This document shows positions 57,418-64,000 of a stretch of 64,000 bases of DNA, in pieces. A program made the position numbers and the translations under genes. Position 1 is the first letter of the stretch; the number at the start of each line of letters is the position of its first letter. Source of the DNA: Camelus ferus. Taxonomy: Eukaryota. A model generated the notes under the pieces. That model ran no database searches. It was not told where the DNA came from and was given only the letters and a program-made list of their open reading frames with translations. The stretch is taken from the NCBI RefSeq assembly GCF_009834535.1, contig NC_045696.1, forward strand, positions 96,660,001-96,724,000, written 5' to 3'.

Positions 57418-57528
57418 CTATATATTGGTTGAGGGAGGTAATTCTCTCCTTCAATGCGGATGTCTGGGTACCGCTGGCTAATAACCCGCATGTACTCCTC
57501 AAACACCCGCCTATAGCCTCAGGAAACA
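57418..57528 (-). CDS. SELENOT: Selenoprotein T exon 2, containing the Sec codon TGA (57519-57521)
   Basis: cggcag|T GTT TCC TGA GGC TAT AGG CGG...TAT AG|gtaagg; (C)VSUGYRRVFEEYMRVISQRYPDIRIEGENYLPQPIY(R); 111 nt; exon 1 not found in the window. Confidence 0.97.
57456..57510 (-). promoter_or_regulatory. Stem-loop 3' of the UGA-Sec codon (candidate Sec redefinition element)
   Basis: GCGGGUGUUUG pairs with CAGACAUCCGC (11 bp incl. G-U); inner GUAC/GUAC and GGUU/AGCC helices; begins 9 nt after the UGA. Confidence 0.7.
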
Positions 57529-58249
57529 CTGCCGAAAAATAAAAGTGCTTCCATTAAGTGGTTTTAGAATATGCCTAGATTTGTTTTGCAGTTGTACAAA
57601 GCCTAAAAATTATTAACAAGAGTAAAAATGAGAAAAGTCACAAATTAATGATGATTGATGCTGGATACACGGAAGTTTTTTCACAAGTTTCACATATTGA
57701 AGTTATCTTCCCTTCAAATAAATCCTTCTATTAGAAAATTAAACTTTATAGATTTGTATTACTGTTGGATAGAAAGGAAATACCTCTTCATATTTTGAGC
57801 TCTCAAATCAATTTGCCTCTTTTTTGGTATCAACAATTGTATAAATACTGAAATGAAAACAACTCTTACTTATCAGAAATAGGGACTTTCATAACTGGGG
57901 CACAGGAAGCATAAAAAGGTAGGTACCAAGGCATGATACAGGATACTTTGCTTCTTATTTCCACTCTGCCCTCAACTGGGCAAACATGCTGCTCTGTCAC
58001 AGTAAAAGAAACTTAAATTCTTAGATGCTTTCTGACTCTAAAATTTGATTCTACCTTGCAAAAGAAAACAAAGATTGGGAAGATAATTTTCAGCAGTATG
58101 ACAGTAATCTATGTCAGTACTCCAGAAATTAAATCAACAGCATCCAACCATATCCATTAAAATCCCTGAACAACTAAACTGTGCATATATGATACATGCT
58201 GCCCCAGCAAGAAAAGGGAGATATGCCACCACAATGTATTTATAGAGGG

Positions 58250-59270
58250 AGAAAAAGTGCACTGAAAACTTTAAGACATTGATGAGAGAAACTGAAGACA
58301 CAAACAAATAAAAACATCTTATGTTCATGGATTAGAAGAATTTATATTGTTAAAATGTTCATACTACCCAAAGTAATTTATAGATTCAAGGCAATCTCTG
58401 TCAAACTTCCAATGACATTTTTCACAGAAATAGAACAAATAATCCTACAATGTGTATATAACCAGAAAAGGCCCTGAATAGCCAAAGCAGTCCTGAGAAA
58501 GAAGAACAAAGCTGGAGGCACCATGCTTCCTTATTTCAAACTGTATTACAAAGATATAGTAATCAAAACAGTATGTTGTAGTGGCTTAAAGACAGACACA
58601 TAGATCAATGGGACAGAATTCAGAAATAAACCCACACATATAAATATAGTCAATTAATTTACAAAAAAATGAGCCAAGAATATACAATGTGGAAAGGACA
58701 GCCTCTTTAATAAATGGTGCTGGGAAAATTGGACATGCAAAGAATGAAACTGGACCATACACAAAAATCAACTCAAAACAGACTAAAGAGTTGAAAAGAC
58801 CTGAAACCATAAAATTCCTATAAGAAAACATAGGGGGTGCTTCTTGACATTGGTTCTGGCAATGAGTTTTTGGATTTGATACCAGAAACAAAGGCATCAA
58901 AAGCAAAAATAAAGAAGTGGGACTACAACAAACTAAAAAGCTTCTGCACAGCAAAAGAAAACATCAATAAAACGAAAAGGCAATCTACAGAACAGGAGAA
59001 AATATTTGCAAATATAACCTCTGATAAGGAGTTAATATCCAAAATACAAAAGAAACTCATACAACTCAATAGCCAAAAAATTAATAATCTGATTTTTAAA
59101 TGGGCAAAGGAACTTTAATAAACACTTTTCCAAAGACAACATACAAATGGCCAACAGGTAAATGAAAAGGCGCTCAGCATCACTAATCAACAGGTAAATG
59201 CAAGTCAAAACAACGAGTTATCACTTCATACCTGTTAGGATGTCTATCATCAAAAAGACAATATAAAACG
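58250..59270 (+). mobile_element. L1 ORF2 3' fragment in SELENOT intron 1
   Basis: KIKKWDYNKLKSFCTAKENINKTKRQSTEQEKIFAN frame at 58837-59118. Confidence 0.9.
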
Positions 59271-60669
59271 ACGAAGGTACCACTTGGTATGAAGATAGCA
59301 GTCATCAGTAATTAAGTTACAGTAGAGGGAAACCTGAGGTGCCAGCTTTGTCAATCAGTGTCATCGAGGAAAAAAATACCAACCACCACCACCCCAAGGG
59401 AACAGCATCAAGTTTATATCTGACAGGGAGAACCAGTCCAAATATTAGTAAATCTCAATGTAAGAAAACTCATTTAAAAAAAAAAAAAGAGGGAGTGAGA
59501 AATTCACCACTCTTTCTTTACAAATACCACTTCTACATTTAAAATGAAAATTTCACAAAAGATTAAGTCCCTAAAAAGTATGAAATTTTTGCAAAGGGAG
59601 ACAAATCTCTATCAACTAAATATTTAAAAGAACTTAAGAATCTCCAGACACCTTATCCCTCTTTACTAAACATTCACCTTCTGTTGTTAGATTCATTAAG
59701 TACTAGTATTTTGCTACAACTGCTTTTTATATAAGAATTTTTTATAAGAAATGTTTAATGTTGCTTTTGTTTTGGAGATACTACAAAAATTATGTACAGC
59801 ACCTATATGCCTAACTACCCTGAAACCAAGAAATGCCACCTGATTTCAATGCCTAAGTTTGCATCGGTGATTACAATGGAGTTGATTATCTAAAACGACA
59901 GTATCTAACTTTTAATACAATATTTGAGCGCTGGAGACCTACTTGAATTGAAACTTCCTTTTTTATAGGTGAAGGAAAAAAACTGAAACCCAGACAGCTA
60001 AAGGGACTTTTCCACGGTTATACATCCAGGTATTATTAATTCACTCACTCAAATATTTACTGAGTGCCTACTACATGTCAAGCACTATATCAGGCAGTAG
60101 TTACGTAGTAGTGAGTGGCAGATATGATCCCTGCCCTTAGTCAGGGCTGAAACTAGAATATAGACTTTGTGATTTAAGATCCTAGGCCCTTCCCATTAGA
60201 CCTCAATAAAATAGATGATGTAAAACGCAACCTTCCCTGTGTCCAGGAAGTAAGTTCTCTTTGTCCACAAAGCCACAATCAAGTACTCATATAGTAGCAG
60301 ATATCTTGAGGTTCTTCCATGATGAAGATGTATATTCTCCCTCAGGGAGAACTAAGCCTGTGGGCCTCAAGTCTTCATATCTGCTCTGGGAGTTCCCACC
60401 CTTCACCATGGGGAGTCCTGAGAAGCCCAGCTAGAGAGCTATGTCTATGTACAGGCAACACTATTGGTCAGATTCCTCCTAGTCACCCAGTTTCCTGGCT
60501 ACTGTGCTCGGAAGCCTACCTCTATCCTTAGTTCTTCAGGTTCCAATTCCTCAGTTAAGTCTCAGACCTTTGCATCAAACTCCAAATAAAATCAACTCAT
60601 AATCTTGAAATCTAAAAAAGACTTCAAATCTACCTTTCTTCAAATTTCCAGTTATAAAATAAGTAAGTT

Positions 60670-60908
60670 GAGGGAGTGTATAATGTACAGCATGGTGACT
60701 GTAGTTAATAATACTGTATTTCATATTTGAAAGTAGCTAGGAGAGCAGATCTTGAAAGTTCTTATCACAAGAAAAAAAAAAAATGTAACTATGTATGGTG
60801 ACAGATGTTAACTGGACTTAATGTGGTAATCATTTTGCAATATATACAAATACTAAATTACTACATTGTACACCTGGAACTAATGTTAGTTATACCTCAA
60901 AAAAAAAG
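60670..60908 (+). mobile_element. L1MA-like 3' end
   Basis: tgtacagcatggtgactgtagttaataatactgtatt...tgtacacctggaactaat. Confidence 0.8.
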
Positions 60909-63714
60909 TACAATTCTTACTTCTGAAAAAATGAAGTTTACCAGAGTGACACAACATATTTTTAGATAAGTTTACTTACACATAAGTTTTTCCTCCCTAT
61001 ATTTGCCTTCAGACTTAAGAAGAAAAACCAAGTAACTTCTTTCCTATGTAATAATCTTCCCCAAATGTTCACGTTATTTTGAAACAGCAATCACTACTGC
61101 TGACAGATGTTTTCCAAAATAAAACATACCTAGTGCTTATCGAGGTGGGCAAAATGTTAAATTAAAGGCATACATGGTAAGGAGCCAGCCATCATCCCAC
61201 CTCTACCACCACACGCAGCTCTTTCAACTTTTTCTTTTTTTTTTTCCAACTTTTCCATTCTTTCTGGGTCAGTAAGTAAAACTATGACTTCCAGTATACC
61301 TCCAAAAAATAAATATGTGAACATGCTAAAACTACACTGTAGCAGCGGCCTGTTTCTTCTGTCCCCGGATCAAAGGTCCTTTAGGAGTGAATCAAAACTT
61401 TGAAAAGAAATCTTAAATTTAAATCCTAATCACTTTGCAAATCTCTAGTAATACAAAAGTATCTTACTGTATGGAGTCAACTTTTGCAATTTAAATATTT
61501 TCACACAATACTTTTTTTTTTTAAGAGTAATTTTCTAAAAGAAAGAACTTGTATACTAATGAGATCAACTTTCTGTAATGAAAAGAAAGGAAATTTGTCC
61601 ATGTTAACTATTTCAAAAAGACTCTGTGTCTTTTCAAGTCCATCATGTTTCAGTCTCCTAATTCATGGTGCCAACCATCGCACTTTTCCCTTTTCTATAC
61701 TAACATCTGCCCCTAATTGTATTCAAATGCCTACTTACATCAAACTTGAGCCTGTCACAAACCTCAACCTCTCACAACTCCTTATTAAAACAGGGCAAAA
61801 TCTCAGATATTTACTGTTATGAGATAAATATTTGTGATTTCTATTTTTAGCATCCCTTGAACTCACCTTCCTTTTTAATTTACAATAACCGCCCCTCCAA
61901 TTGTCCTCTCACCCACACATAGGATTGGATCCTGTTTATACAGTAAGACCCAACCCCTTGCCAATATCTGATGTTCCAGAAATGCAAACCTGTCACAAGA
62001 AGGTTTGAGCTCCTTCTTTAAAAATGAAGAACTGGGATTTTAAAAAGACGATCTCCAGAAAGATGAACATTTAATCAGAGCTATTGTGGGTAGAGGAGAG
62101 TGGTAATCTTTCAAAGGGACTGAGGAGAGGACAGAAGTCACTCTCCAAAGAGGAAAAAAAAAACTGAAATACATTTTACTGAGAAAAGTACAGATGTGAG
62201 CAAGAGGAAAAGTGAATGAAGTCTTCTCAGATCTTCCAGTTTTCTATTTCAGCCCATCTTGGGGCACTGCTACATTCCTTCCTTTGGAATATAATACTAT
62301 TCCTTTAGTAATTATAAATGCATTTCCAAATGTGTTGTTCAAACCAGTTCAAACTGGTTTCTCCACAGGCATGTTAAGAATTTCAACTAATAGTTCCCCC
62401 TTTCTGTACCCCTAATCAGGAAGATATTTTGTAAACACCTTTCTAACTGCCAACAGCACTAACCACTCCAACAGTTCAATGATCATTGAAAACTGTATTT
62501 CAATCTTTATTTTTTCTTGCTCTGTTTAGTAGACGAGGTAGTAACAGACATTTGTCTGGTGCATCACCTGGCTCCCTAAGCGTTTTAAGCAATGAAATCT
62601 GAACAAGTTGCTCTATAAACCACATAAGAACAAGATACTCTGAGAGTGAACAGACTAATCCGATAAATGCTTTTTAAAAAAATTAAAACAGTGTTCACAC
62701 ACTTTCAATGAAGGTCAAAATACAGACCAGAACTTTTTTTAAAGTTGCAAAACAGCTCTGAACAGGTGTAAGATTCTCAGGTTTAGGAACTGTACTATAT
62801 GAAATCAAGTGAGTTCCCATTCCAGCTGCCTCACTCTTGGAGCACTACAGTGGCCATTGTAGTGAAAACAGACACGTACAGAAAATATGCCTAACACGGC
62901 TTGTAAGATTCCCGGCTTCTTCACTGAGTTTATTCCAAAGAGTTAATAAACCTGAAATTCAATTAATGATCTGTTTTTATTCTCTTCATTCTTTGTGTCA
63001 TATTCTTGAGGTCACTAGTTTCTGTATACCTTTGGCATAACATTTTAGGAAATCTTTGCTGCAGACTGTTCCACAAAGAATTTATAAACTGTGTAAGTTC
63101 CTCAGCTCTTCCTGAGAAAGGAATTTTCTCTCTTTACTCTGGAAAGCATTTCTCATTAACAGATTTATAAGGTATGTAGCCACTCAGTAAAAGTGACTTA
63201 ATAAAAGCATCCAACAAATGATGACTTATCTGCAATCTGCAGGAATTTTTGTCTCATCTTAAAATATTTTATATGACTTCATGTTTTTACGATTTTCAAT
63301 TCATTTTTAAAAATTGAGGTATAAATCACATTCCATAAAAGTCATCCTCAGTGCACTTTTAAAAGTTGTTAAAGAGTGATTAAAAAAACATACGTATAAC
63401 ATATTCTATTCTACACTAATTCACTAGCCAATCTAGAGACGTCTCTTGGCTGCTTTACTGCTTTCTTGTTTGCTTTATACTTTTACCTGTTGGTTGTGTG
63501 TAGATTGACCTCACACAACACTAGAATAAACTCAATAAAAAAAACTAGGAATCTTAGAAAACCACCAACAGGAGTATTAAGCATGTGTCAGCGAATCAAA
63601 GCAGCAGGAAGAGGACTGGGAATAATACAATGAATTCTGAAAGTTTAGCCTCACCAGTAGGGATGGAGGCCAAGTCAAGAAGGTCACTGAGAGCAGAGTA
63701 TGTTCAAAACTGAA

Positions 63715-63823
63715 TTGCTACATATGTATGTACGTGTATGACTGAAACATTACGCTGTATACCAGAAATTGACACAACACTGTAAACTGATTATACTTCT
63801 ATTTTTAAAGTTAAAAAAAAAAA
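63715..63823 (+). mobile_element. Short L1 3' end with A-tail
   Basis: gtatgactgaaacattacgctgtataccagaaattgacacaacactgtaaactgattatac; flanking aaactgaa repeats. Confidence 0.7.
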
Positions 63824-64000
63824 TCAAACTGAAGTGTTACATGTATCATATTCTATGCCTAACAGCTAACAAATGGAAGCAGAAGCCAACCAGGTAAAAA
63901 CTCGTCTGAAAGGAGTATCAGGAAACACCAATTTATATTCCATTAGGAATTTTGTTATGTCCAGGCCAAACATAGTGGACTACCACAGGATTGTACTCAT

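Noticed and set aside
57519..57521. Premature stop implying a SELENOT pseudogene
   Set aside because: It is the Sec codon: the introns, splice sites, downstream frame and SECIS are all intact.
57529..64000. SELENOT exon 1 and promoter
   Set aside because: No signal-peptide or LLKFQIC-encoding exon and no CpG island found; this stretch is intron 1, and exon 1 presumably lies beyond the window.

Overview
This is mammalian nuclear DNA, most likely camelid, judging by several Vic-1-like tRNA-derived SINEs and camelid-type L1 3' ends. It holds two convergent spliced genes. (1) ERICH6 (FAM194A) is complete on the + strand. I reconstructed 14 coding exons from 564 to 32045 (1992 nt, 663 aa, all phases consistent); intron 11 looks like a U12 minor-spliceosome intron. 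(2) SELENOT (selenoprotein T) exons 2-6 are on the - strand, and exon 1 lies beyond the window end. They include the in-frame UGA-Sec codon (57519-57521, CxxU motif), a stem-loop just 3' of the UGA and a type II SECIS in the last exon. The rest is intronic or intergenic DNA rich in L1, L2, MIR, MaLR/ERV LTRs, DNA transposons and microsatellites; most ORF-track entries are spurious or repeat-derived. The most unusual observation is a SINE that inserted exactly at the SELENOT exon 5 donor. Its target-site duplication copied the GTAAGT splice site, creating a second donor whose use would be predicted to make the mRNA an NMD target, and an inverted SINE partner lies in the same intron. There is no prokaryotic-type system (CRISPR or similar). 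Gene names rest on recalled protein sequences; repeat family names and boundaries are by eye and approximate.
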